A stretch of 59,277 bases of DNA, from positions 1-59,277 of the forward strand of contig JACPQN010000015.1 of NCBI GenBank assembly GCA_016190485.1, written 5' to 3'. Position 1 is the stretch's first letter; every line of letters starts with the position of its first letter. The stretch is from Chloroflexota bacterium (GTDB lineage Bacteria; Chloroflexota; Dehalococcoidia; SHYD01). The notes under the pieces were generated by a model. It did not search any database. It saw nothing but the letters and a program-made list of their open reading frames with translations, and was not told the DNA's origin. Shown piece after piece: positions 51,216 through 59,277 of the stretch. Position numbers and translations under genes: made by a program.

Positions 51216-52427
51216 GTGGCGCTAGACCTGGCCCAGATCGCTGCGCAGCTCTCCCAGAGGCTGCCGGGCCTGCAACGCGCGGCAGCGCAGCGGGCCGCCC
51301 AGCGAGATCAGGCGCTGCGGGCGCTGCACGGCGACCCCCTGGCCTGGGAGGCATTGCGGGAGAGCCTGGAGCAGCGGCGAGCGGTGCTGAGCTTCACCCT
51401 GCCCGCACGGCTCCTGGAAGACCCCGCCAGCCATGCGCGGCCACCCGCCTTACCGCAGGAATTCGCGGTGCTGGCCACCGACGGCTCGCAGATTGAGCTG
51501 GACCGCCATGCGCCCTTGCCCTGCTACGTCCTCAACCTGGGCGAGGTGGCGCTGCGTTACGGACCTGGCGCCGGCGCGCGCCTCTCCAGCCGGGCAACTC
51601 TGCGCCTGGCCGGCCGACTCGAAAGCGTTGACCCAGCGGGCGGCGAGGAGGCCCAGGAGCAGCGGGAGCGGGTGCAACTGGAGCTGGAGCGGGCGGTTGC
51701 GGAGGTCCGGGCGCTGGCAAACCTGGTGCGGGAGGAGGCGTCGTCCTCCTTTACCCTGGCGCTCTTGGACGGGTCACTGATCCTCTGGACCGCCGCGGCC
51801 GGGCGGGACCAGCAGACGGCCGACGCCTACCTCGCCCAGTACCTGGGCCACCTGGCCGAGCTGGCGGAGCTGGCCCACAGCCGGCCTCTGGCCCTGGCCA
51901 GCTACATCTCTGCGCCCCGTAGCGCCGAGGTGGTCAACGCCCTGCGGGCCGCCTTCTGTGCCCCGAACGTGAGCTACTGCCAGGCCAACTGTCACGACCC
52001 GAAGGGCCGGCTATGTGAGGAGCACGTGGACCTCCTGGCCGACCGGGACCTCTTCGGCTGGCTGGAGGAAGGCAGCCGCTCCGCCTTGTTCGCCAGCGAA
52101 CCTCGCATCATGCAGCGCTACCTGCCGCCCGAGAACAGGGTGCACTTCTTTTATGTCAACGTCGGGGCGGAGGTCGCCCGGGTGGAGGTGCCCGCCTGGG
52201 TGGCCCAGGACCAGCGGCTCCTGGGGCTGACTCACGCGGCGGTGTACGACCAGTGCCGCCGCAACTTCGGCTACCCCGTGGCCCTCATGGAGGCCCACCA
52301 GCAGGCCGTGGTCTCCGAGGCGGACCGCCGCGCCTTCTGGCAACTGGTCTATCAGCAGCTTGCCCACGCCGGGCAGCCCGTGGACGGCTCTGCCAAGGGC
52401 CAGAGCAAGCGGTTGCCGTGGGCTTAG
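51216..52427 (+). CDS. nurA: NurA-family nuclease
   Basis: ATDGSQI, LLDGSL, ARVE.P.W and GYP.AL.EAH..AV motifs. Confidence 0.92.
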   Translation: MALDLAQIAAQLSQRLPGLQRAAAQRAAQRDQALRALHGDPLAWEALRESLEQRRAVLSFTLPARLLEDPASHARPPALPQEFAVLATDGSQIELDRHAPLPCYVLNLGEVALRYGPGAGARLSSRATLRLAGRLESVDPAGGEEAQEQRERVQLELERAVAEVRALANLVREEASSSFTLALLDGSLILWTAAAGRDQQTADAYLAQYLGHLAELAELAHSRPLALASYISAPRSAEVVNALRAAFCAPNVSYCQANCHDPKGRLCEEHVDLLADRDLFGWLEEGSRSALFASEPRIMQRYLPPENRVHFFYVNVGAEVARVEVPAWVAQDQRLLGLTHAAVYDQCRRNFGYPVALMEAHQQAVVSEADRRAFWQLVYQQLAHAGQPVDGSAKGQSKRLPWA

Positions 52428-52515
52428 TGAGGAGAGACCGCCAACAATATTCCATGACCAGGGGAACGTATGCCGCTCATGGTGAGCGGACTTATTCAGC
52501 GCTCTTGGTAAACTG

Positions 52516-53109
52516 ATGGAGCGAGCAGGCGAGATCATCGAGACCGCCACCGACCGCTTCGTGGCCCAGAGCTACGTGCTGAACCAGGCGCCACCCTTCG
52601 GCGCCCTGGTGCGGGTGAGCGCGGAGGCGGAGGGAGGAGCCACCGTGTACGGCGTGGTCGCCCAGATCGAAACCAGCGCCCTGGACGCCTCCCGCAGGCC
52701 CGTGGCCCGCGGGCAAGAGGCGGGCTCCCTGGCCCAGCTTTACCAGGAGCACCCCCAGCTCCGGGAGCTCTTTTGCACCACCTTTTCGGCCCTGGCAGTG
52801 GGATTCAGCCAGGACGGTGCCGTGCGCCACTACCTGCCGGCGCTGCCGCCCCCGGTGCACCAGTTCGTCTACCAGTGCGAGCCGGGAGAAGTGGCGGCCT
52901 TCACCCAGGAGCTCACCTTCCTGCCGCTGCTGCTTTCGGCAAGAGGCCTGGCAGAGGCCCAGGAGGTGACCGCGGCCTTCCTGCGGCAGGCGGCGCAGGC
53001 CCACGGCGAGGCGCGCGAGGCCTTCCTGGTGCGCGCCGGCAAACTGCTGGTGGGCCAGCTCCGGGGCGACCCGGCGCGGCTGGCTGGCATTCTTGCGAGG
53101 CTGCGATGA
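52516..53109 (+). CDS. HAS-barrel domain protein
   Basis: GEIIE.....F.AQ, PPFGALV and LP..PP.VH motifs; position between nurA and herA. Confidence 0.8.
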   Translation: MERAGEIIETATDRFVAQSYVLNQAPPFGALVRVSAEAEGGATVYGVVAQIETSALDASRRPVARGQEAGSLAQLYQEHPQLRELFCTTFSALAVGFSQDGAVRHYLPALPPPVHQFVYQCEPGEVAAFTQELTFLPLLLSARGLAEAQEVTAAFLRQAAQAHGEAREAFLVRAGKLLVGQLRGDPARLAGILARLR

Positions 53110-54743
53110 GCCCCTTCCACCAGGACGGCCACGCGCCCGAGACCGCAGAGCCCCTGGGATTGGTGGTGCGCGGCTCCTTGCGAGAGGGGCTAGATGTGAA
53201 GTTAGAGCCAGACCGCTCCATTGAGGAGGTGAAGGTGGGGCAATACGTGACCGTGGAGGGGGAGCACACCCGCTTCTTCTGCATGGTCAACGACGTGAAG
53301 CTGGAGGCCACAGACCCGGCCCTCACCACCTCACCCCCCGACCTGAGTGATCCCCTCACGGCCCAGGTGCTGCGGGGCACGGCGACCTACGGCGTGCTGC
53401 ATCTGGCGCCCACCCTCACCTGGGGGCCTGCCGGCCCCCAGCCGGTGCGCACGGTGCCCGCCCACTTCGCCCGAGCCTACGCGGCCACCCAGGAGGAGAT
53501 CGAGGCCATCTTCGGGCCGGAGGACGCCCAGCACCTGTGGATCGGCAGCCCTCTGGATATGGAGCAGGCCTTCATCCGCCTCAACATCGGACGGCTGGTG
53601 GAACGCAGCGTGGGCGTCTTCGGTAAGAGCGGCACCGGCAAGACCTTCATCACTCGCATCCTCATGGCGGGCATTCTCCAGAAGCGCGCCGGGGTGCAGC
53701 TCATCTTCGACATGCACAACGAGTACGGCTGGGAGGGCACCAGCGAGGGCCGCAGCCGGAGGGTCAAGGGCCTGAAGCAGCTCTTCGGATCCCAGGTGGC
53801 GGTGTTCACCCTGGATGAGGAGAGCGCCCGGGCGCGGGGCCTCAGCGCCGACGGCGTAGTGGAGATCGGCTACGACGAGGTGGAGCCGGAGGACATCGCC
53901 GGCCTTCAGGAGACCCTCAACCTAACCGAAAACGCGGCTCAAGCCGTCTACGTCCTGGAAAGACACCTGGGCCGGCGCGCCTGGCTCAGCGCCTTTCTTA
54001 CCCTGGACGCGGAGGGCATGAAAGGCCTCGCTGCCCAGACCAACCTGCACGACGGGACGCTTCAGGCGCTCCAGCGGCGGCTGGAGTACCTGAGCCGGCT
54101 GCGATTCCTGGCACCCAAGGCGCGCGAGAACTCGGTGCGCATGATCCTGGACTACCTGGAGCGCGGCAAGTCGGTGGTGCTGGAGTTCGGGCGCTATCGG
54201 GACAACGCCCTGGCCCAGGTGCTGGTGGCCAACATGCTGAGCCGCCGCATCTACGATGCCTGGGCCCACCGTACGGAGGCGGCCAAGGAGCAGGGGCAGG
54301 AGCCGCCCCACCTCACCATCACCATCGAAGAAGCCCACAAGTTCCTGAACCCCCGCATGGCCGGCCAGACGGTCTTCGGCACCATCGCCCGGGAGATGCG
54401 CAAGTACAACGTGACCCTGCTGGTGGTAGACCAGCGCCCCAGCGGCATCGACCCCGAGGTGCTCTCCCAGATCGGCACCAAGGTCTCCTGCCTCCTGGAA
54501 GACGATAAAGACGTGTCCGCCCTGCTGTCTGGGGTCTCTGGGGCAAGCGAGCTACGCAGCGTGCTCAGCCGGCTGGAGAGCGTGCAGCAAGCCCTGATCT
54601 TTGGCCACGCGGTGCCTATGCCGGTGGTGGTGCGCACCCGGGACTACGGCACGCCGGAGTCGTACCAGGCTTTCGGTTTTAGAGAGGCCGCCGAGCTGGA
54701 GCGCCAGGCCGAGCAGGACCGCAAGGAGCTCTTTGGGCGATAA
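53106..54743 (+). CDS. herA: HerA-family ATPase/helicase
   Basis: N-terminal HAS barrel; VFGKSGTGKT, FDMHNEYG, IEEAH, AREMRKY and DQRPS motifs; ATGA overlap. Confidence 0.93.
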   Translation: MSPFHQDGHAPETAEPLGLVVRGSLREGLDVKLEPDRSIEEVKVGQYVTVEGEHTRFFCMVNDVKLEATDPALTTSPPDLSDPLTAQVLRGTATYGVLHLAPTLTWGPAGPQPVRTVPAHFARAYAATQEEIEAIFGPEDAQHLWIGSPLDMEQAFIRLNIGRLVERSVGVFGKSGTGKTFITRILMAGILQKRAGVQLIFDMHNEYGWEGTSEGRSRRVKGLKQLFGSQVAVFTLDEESARARGLSADGVVEIGYDEVEPEDIAGLQETLNLTENAAQAVYVLERHLGRRAWLSAFLTLDAEGMKGLAAQTNLHDGTLQALQRRLEYLSRLRFLAPKARENSVRMILDYLERGKSVVLEFGRYRDNALAQVLVANMLSRRIYDAWAHRTEAAKEQGQEPPHLTITIEEAHKFLNPRMAGQTVFGTIAREMRKYNVTLLVVDQRPSGIDPEVLSQIGTKVSCLLEDDKDVSALLSGVSGASELRSVLSRLESVQQALIFGHAVPMPVVVRTRDYGTPESYQAFGFREAAELERQAEQDRKELFGR

Positions 54744-54827
54744 AGCCGGGGTGAATGGCTATCTGGATAAGTTGTGTGACGTGCCAACTAGGATTCATAG
54801 AATGTACATTGGCAAGCGGCTGGGTCA

Positions 54828-56072
54828 ATGATTCGCAATTTCCCACATCAGGTCAATCGGATTTCCAAGATCCGGGGCGCGCTTCAAGTGGCTTCGGACC
54901 TTATTACCGCCCAGAAGGCGATTGATGACGATGGTGTGTTTGGTTATGCCGTCGCCCGAGCTGGGATTTATGCCTTTCGAGGCCTCAGCTCTCGAACCAA
55001 CGCAGAGCTGGAGGCCACTATTCGGCAAGAGCAGGCAAAGAGCCTCTCAAACCAAGGACCTAGGACCTTCGCCCGCGACCTAAGAAGGACCTTGGTACTT
55101 CTCGGGTTCCTTCAGCAAGACGGAGGATGGCATATCACCTTACTGGGACACCAGCTTTTGGCGGTAGCTGATCCTCCGTACCCTACGGCCGCCTCGCTTT
55201 GGACAGACGCAGTCCTCCAGCTAGAGCTTGATGACCCCGGGCCGCTTCACCCAGCCAGAAATATGCTGCGCATGGCTGAGAAGCGGCCGGGGATCGACAA
55301 GAAATGGTTGGCTTTCGCTCTAGACATGAATGACGACTCGGATGCAGAGCTCGATCGAGTGCTTTCACTGCAACGTCTCGATTTCGAAAGGGCGATCACC
55401 AATGTTGACGCAACACATTATCAGGCTGCCAACGCAGTCAAGATTCTCCCTTCTCTCCTTGAGCAGCTTGGGCTGCTTAGCATTAACATAGCCGTTTGCA
55501 ACCTAACGCCGCTTGGCGTTGCATCGCTCGCCGGCGCTCCTAGCGCACCGACTCCCGCCCCAACCAGACGGGGACGCAGGATCGGCTATGGAGTGGCTAC
55601 CCCAGAAGATGTGCATGACCTAACAGGTGGGGGAGGTCGGCCTAGAACGACAGAGGAGCAGTTGCATTCTGCGGCGCTTCTTGAGGAACGGACGTCGCAA
55701 CATCAGGAGCTGGTGAAGCGAATCGTTGCCAGCATGGGGAACGTTTCCGACGTACGCTGCTCTGATGACGCCTTCGATATTGCGGCAGACAGTGTGCTCC
55801 GAAACGAAACGCTCCTAATTGAGGCTAAAACTCTGAGGGGTGATGCTCTGGTGCAGGCTCGGCTGGCACTCGGTCAACTTCTTTTCTACGAGTATTTTGA
55901 CTTTCGCCCTGTGATCCCTAATTCAATCGTCAAGATAGCGGCTTTCGACTCGGAACCAGGTGATCAGGCCCGACAATTCCTCGGAGCTTTCGGGGTGGAA
56001 ACTCTCGTATTCACCGAAACGGAAGCCGTAAGGTCCGACACGCTGGCCGACTATTTCATCGCGCCAATGTGA
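54828..56072 (+). CDS. putative restriction endonuclease (C-terminal PD-(D/E)xK)
   Basis: H..LV, FDI, LIEAKT and ARLALGQLL.Y motifs; lower GC; convergent with two methyltransferases. Confidence 0.65.
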   Translation: MIRNFPHQVNRISKIRGALQVASDLITAQKAIDDDGVFGYAVARAGIYAFRGLSSRTNAELEATIRQEQAKSLSNQGPRTFARDLRRTLVLLGFLQQDGGWHITLLGHQLLAVADPPYPTAASLWTDAVLQLELDDPGPLHPARNMLRMAEKRPGIDKKWLAFALDMNDDSDAELDRVLSLQRLDFERAITNVDATHYQAANAVKILPSLLEQLGLLSINIAVCNLTPLGVASLAGAPSAPTPAPTRRGRRIGYGVATPEDVHDLTGGGGRPRTTEEQLHSAALLEERTSQHQELVKRIVASMGNVSDVRCSDDAFDIAADSVLRNETLLIEAKTLRGDALVQARLALGQLLFYEYFDFRPVIPNSIVKIAAFDSEPGDQARQFLGAFGVETLVFTETEAVRSDTLADYFIAPM

Positions 56073-56091
56073 TGACCTTCGGCTTTGCGGA

Positions 56092-56895
56092 TTAGAGGCC
56101 CAACGCCGCCTCGCGCGGCTCAGCTTCCCAACGCCTCAGTCGATCTAGCGCGATTTCCACGTAATCCGGATTGAGTTCTATACCCCAGAACTCTCGTCCG
56201 AGCATCGCAGCGGCCAAGCATTCAGTCCCGCTACCAGCAAAGGGAACAACAACTAGGTCACCCGGATTCGAAAAGTGCCCCACGATTCTGAGCGTCAACG
56301 GCAGGGGCTTTTGAGTCGGATGGTCGACTTTCTCTTTACGGAATCGGCGCCCAGCCAAGGTGGGGAAAGGCCAGATATCACCAGCCAAGCGCCCCTCAGG
56401 GTTCGGCTGCCAAACCTTTCCATTCTTCGTAATCCTGTGCCTGAGGCGGTCCACACTCTTGTACGGCTCCCGGATTGGGTGGTAGGTGTAATTTTCTCCC
56501 CGGGAGAACCAAAGGATCGGCTCGTAGTGAGCCGCGAGAGTGCGGCTGTAGCCCGCGAAACCGTTTTCGTAGTGCCAGATGATGAGCCTCTGGTAGTCGA
56601 GCCCAAGCTCGTAGAGATGGCACTGGATCCAACAAATGTGACGATGAATTCCATACACGAAGATGCTGCCCCCAGGTGCCAAGACACGCCCGCATTCCGC
56701 AAGCCATTTCTTGCACCACGGAAGCCAGTCCTCATGATGCTCAGATTCCCTCCATACGCCGAAATCCTTTTCGAGGTTGTAGGGAGGGTCGGCGATGATT
56801 AGCTGAGCGCAGCCATTAGGGAGTTTTGCAAGCTCGGTCACGCAATCTCCGACCAACACGCGGTTGGTGTAGACAGGCAAGCTACTGCTTGTCAT
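56092..56895 (-). CDS. amino-DNA methyltransferase, beta class
   Basis: ADPPYN first, then HPTQKP and PFAGSGT. Confidence 0.92.
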   Translation of the reverse strand: MTSSSLPVYTNRVLVGDCVTELAKLPNGCAQLIIADPPYNLEKDFGVWRESEHHEDWLPWCKKWLAECGRVLAPGGSIFVYGIHRHICWIQCHLYELGLDYQRLIIWHYENGFAGYSRTLAAHYEPILWFSRGENYTYHPIREPYKSVDRLRHRITKNGKVWQPNPEGRLAGDIWPFPTLAGRRFRKEKVDHPTQKPLPLTLRIVGHFSNPGDLVVVPFAGSGTECLAAAMLGREFWGIELNPDYVEIALDRLRRWEAEPREAALGL

Positions 56896-57769
56896 TCTGA
56901 AGCACCAAGATGAACTGATTGTGGATGTTAGGCACGTAGGAAAAAGGATACCCGTACGGAAATACGCGCTTGTGCCTCTGGTAGAGGACGATGATGCCGC
57001 GGAGACCAAAGTTCCGGGTTTCAAGGGCCCTTGCGAGGTCCGCGTGGAACATTACGTATCGGGACTTGTGTCTGAAGTCTCCGACGACAACGGCCATGTA
57101 CTTGCCCGGCTTCAGCGGGTGCGAGCAAGCTCCCAAGATCGTGGCCAATTCTTCGAGGAATGCGGGGTAGTCGCGAATGTTCCCAAGGTCGGCCGGATCG
57201 TCGCCATACCGCGTATCAAGGCCCTGGGAGCGCCGCTCCTGCCGTGCTTTGTGGTCTTCCTTGTGGAGGATGGCTGCGTACGGAGGGCTCGTCATTACAA
57301 AGTCGACGCTGTCGTATTCTAGACTAGGCACTAACTTGCGAGCATCTCCTTCAACGACTTTCTGCTGCGTGCGGGTAGGAGCGTCTGGAGCCACCTCACG
57401 TTCAATCCGCTCTCTCGCCAGCTGGGCGTAGTGAGGATTAAGCTCAAATCCGATTCCGACGCGCCCTTCTAGTGCGCAGGCCTTGAGCGTCGAGCCTACC
57501 CCGACAAACGGATCGAGAACGACGCCTCCGCGCTTTGTGAAAAACCGGATCATTCTGCTTACGTCACTGAAAGAGAACGGCGCAGGGTGCTGCCGTTCAA
57601 TCTGGGCGTCAGGGTGTTGCGCGCCTAGGCCCCGCTGTAGCCAGACCGATACCGTCTCGCTCATCCATTCGCGAGAGGTCAGCTCGTTCAACTTGTTTCG
57701 AGGATCAACTTGCGCTTGTGTCAGGTCGCGCGCCAGCTCCTCGGATAGCTCAACGATGGCACCCTCCAT
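56882..57769 (-). CDS. DNA methyltransferase, probably N4-cytosine
   Basis: HPAPF and LDPFVGVGST before TSPPY; start uncertain (57769 or 57919). Confidence 0.88.
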   Translation of the reverse strand: MEGAIVELSEELARDLTQAQVDPRNKLNELTSREWMSETVSVWLQRGLGAQHPDAQIERQHPAPFSFSDVSRMIRFFTKRGGVVLDPFVGVGSTLKACALEGRVGIGFELNPHYAQLARERIEREVAPDAPTRTQQKVVEGDARKLVPSLEYDSVDFVMTSPPYAAILHKEDHKARQERRSQGLDTRYGDDPADLGNIRDYPAFLEELATILGACSHPLKPGKYMAVVVGDFRHKSRYVMFHADLARALETRNFGLRGIIVLYQRHKRVFPYGYPFSYVPNIHNQFILVLQNDKQ

Positions 57770-57851
57770 GGCCCCATCAAGCAAGAGGATCTGATGGTCG
57801 AGTTGGCTTGGCTTCGAGCCAGGTCGTAACTGCTTCAACAAATCCGTTCCT

Positions 57852-58121
57852 TCACTCGGCTTCTCTGCGCCCTTGGCGACTCTCTGACAGTCCGGACTCG
57901 CCCATGGCAGGAGTCCCATAGGGCGTCGATTCCTCCGCCACCCGTAAGATTGGGAGCCTGAGTTGACGTCCCGGCCCGCGTTGCCTCACATAGTCGCCCG
58001 CGACTGAAGTGAACCAGTCTTTCAACGACCTGCCTTCCGCAGCTAGTGCGGAATATAGCTGCCGTTTCAGATCAAGATCGTCGACGTCGATGACAATGCG
58101 TCTGCTCTTTCCAACGGGCAT
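57852..58121 (-). CDS. small RHH-like regulator upstream of the methyltransferases
   Basis: RIVIDVD..LKR.LY.AL..EGRSLKDWF; palindrome GTGACGTCAC at 58140-58149. Confidence 0.65.
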   Translation of the reverse strand: MPVGKSRRIVIDVDDLDLKRQLYSALAAEGRSLKDWFTSVAGDYVRQRGPGRQLRLPILRVAEESTPYGTPAMGESGLSESRQGRREAE

Positions 58122-58240
58122 GGATGTAATGTAACTTATGTGACGTCACCTGTCAAGCGCCCGCAGCAGGCAGGCTCAGGGCGAGCGGACTATCCTTTGT
58201 CGCAGCCCATAAGTCTCCTGGCTCCGGAATTCGGACCATA

Positions 58241-58357
58241 GTCATTGCGAGGGAGCCCGAAGGGCGGGGCCGAAGCAATCCGGGGGCAAAGGCTAGCTGC
58301 TTCCAGGCGTCAACCCCACCCCAGATTGCCACGTCGGCTTTGCCTCCTCGCAATGAC
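58241..58357. repeat. CGTC-type REP dimer
   Basis: GTCATTGCGAGG...GCAATC...GATTGC...CCTCGCAATGAC. Confidence 0.75.
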
Positions 58358-58436
58358 AATCTATCTTTTATGGCATATTTTCTGAATATGGTATGATATC
58401 AATAGTTGCCAGATTCTTGATCTTTTGGGAGATTGC

Positions 58437-58748
58437 ATGATGCGCACCAAGCGAAGCGCTGCCACAACACCCTCTACAGTGACTGCTGCTCCTGGCACGA
58501 CCACCATCAAAGTGAAGGTGGAACAGGGAGGCCGGATCGTGGTCCCCGCAGCATTTCGTCACTCATTGGGCGTCAAGCCCGGAGACACCGTGCTGGTGAC
58601 GTTAGAAGAACCCGACACCATCCGGATACGCAGTTATCCTGGGGCAGTCAGGCGCATTCAGGAACTGGTTAGGCAGTATGTGCCGGAAGGAGTAAGCCTG
58701 GTAGACGAGCTGATCCAGGAACGGCGCGCCGAAGCCGCCCGTGAGTAG
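58437..58748 (+). CDS. AbrB/MazE-family antitoxin
   Basis: GGRIVVPA.FR..LG.KPGD and SLVDELI.ERR.EA motifs. Confidence 0.88.
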   Translation: MMRTKRSAATTPSTVTAAPGTTTIKVKVEQGGRIVVPAAFRHSLGVKPGDTVLVTLEEPDTIRIRSYPGAVRRIQELVRQYVPEGVSLVDELIQERRAEAARE

Positions 58749-59124
58749 CGTCGTCCTCGACGCCTCGGCCTTGATGGCGCTACTGAACGGTGAGACGGGC
58801 GCTCAGGTGGTCGCTGAAGCACTGGGCGATGCCGTCATCGGCTCCGTCAATCTCGCGGAGGTGTTGACGAGGCTCGCCCAGCGGGGGCTCTCTGAAGAAG
58901 GCATGCGAGCAACAGTGGACGACCTTGAGATCGACGTTATCCCCTTCGATAAGGACCTAGCCGTGAGCGCAGGAATGCTTTGGCCCTTGACCAGGGCCTA
59001 TGGCCTCTCCCTGGGCGACCGAGCTTGCCTTGCATTGGCAAGACAGTTGGAGGCCCCAGCTCTCACGGCTGACCGGATCTGGGCTGAGCTAAACCTTGGG
59101 ATTGAGGTCCAGGTCATCCGTTAG
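58741..59124 (+). CDS. vapC: VapC PIN toxin
   Basis: VLDASAL.A, VNLAEV, GLSLGDRACLALA and TADR.W motifs. Confidence 0.92.
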   Translation: MSSVVLDASALMALLNGETGAQVVAEALGDAVIGSVNLAEVLTRLAQRGLSEEGMRATVDDLEIDVIPFDKDLAVSAGMLWPLTRAYGLSLGDRACLALARQLEAPALTADRIWAELNLGIEVQVIR

Positions 59125-59277
59125 CCCCGCAGTCCTGCGGCCGTTGTTTTCAGCCGCAGGGCCGTGAGCCAGTGTCTCTAGGAGTGGGTGAGGCGCTGAT
59201 AGCAGTCTAGTACTTGGTTGCGTAAGTTCGTGTGCACTGGGTCCGTCCCAACCCCGCTCACCCTGAGCTTGTCGAAG

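Noticed and set aside
58122-58140. Fourth Crp-type box (GTA-ATGTAACT-TAT)
   Set aside because: Imperfect half-site without the shared core; more likely the RHH promoter/operator region.

Overview
GC-rich bacterial window, probably Chloroflexota/Dehalococcoidia-like (inferred from gene content, not from a marker gene). It carries about 55 CDS: a PD40/TolB-repeat protein (5' partial), a DapA-family aldolase, an MfnB-TusA fusion, two PIN/VapC toxin-antitoxin pairs, acyl-CoA dehydrogenase, the methylmalonyl-CoA mutase N-domain, four family-5 ABC solute-binding proteins, an ECF sigma / anti-sigma-like-Ogt-Ada / AlkA operon, a LonC-type protease, ChrA, FolC, FBP aldolase/phosphatase, RdgB, MoaA, an RNase HI-MoaC fusion, Tad minor pilins, a glycosylation cluster, SelB, NurA-HAS-HerA and a low-GC two-methyltransferase R-M locus. 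Main observations beyond the ORF track: (1) three in-frame UGA codons with downstream SECIS-like hairpins, giving a UxxC glutaredoxin, a UxxC GrdB/PrdB-like protein and an unrecognised ~50-aa CxxU membrane peptide, all in the same window as selB; (2) three GT(A/G)-N8-TAC boxes, each 22-23 nt upstream of a TA-N3-T element, suggesting a Crp/Fnr regulon that links two of these selenoproteins to His/Met-rich envelope proteins; (3) a candidate ECF-sigma-based alkylation adaptive response; (4) several families of MITE/REP-like repeats, often inserted at stop codons. No tRNA, rRNA or CRISPR array was seen. All family calls come from motif recognition, not database searches.
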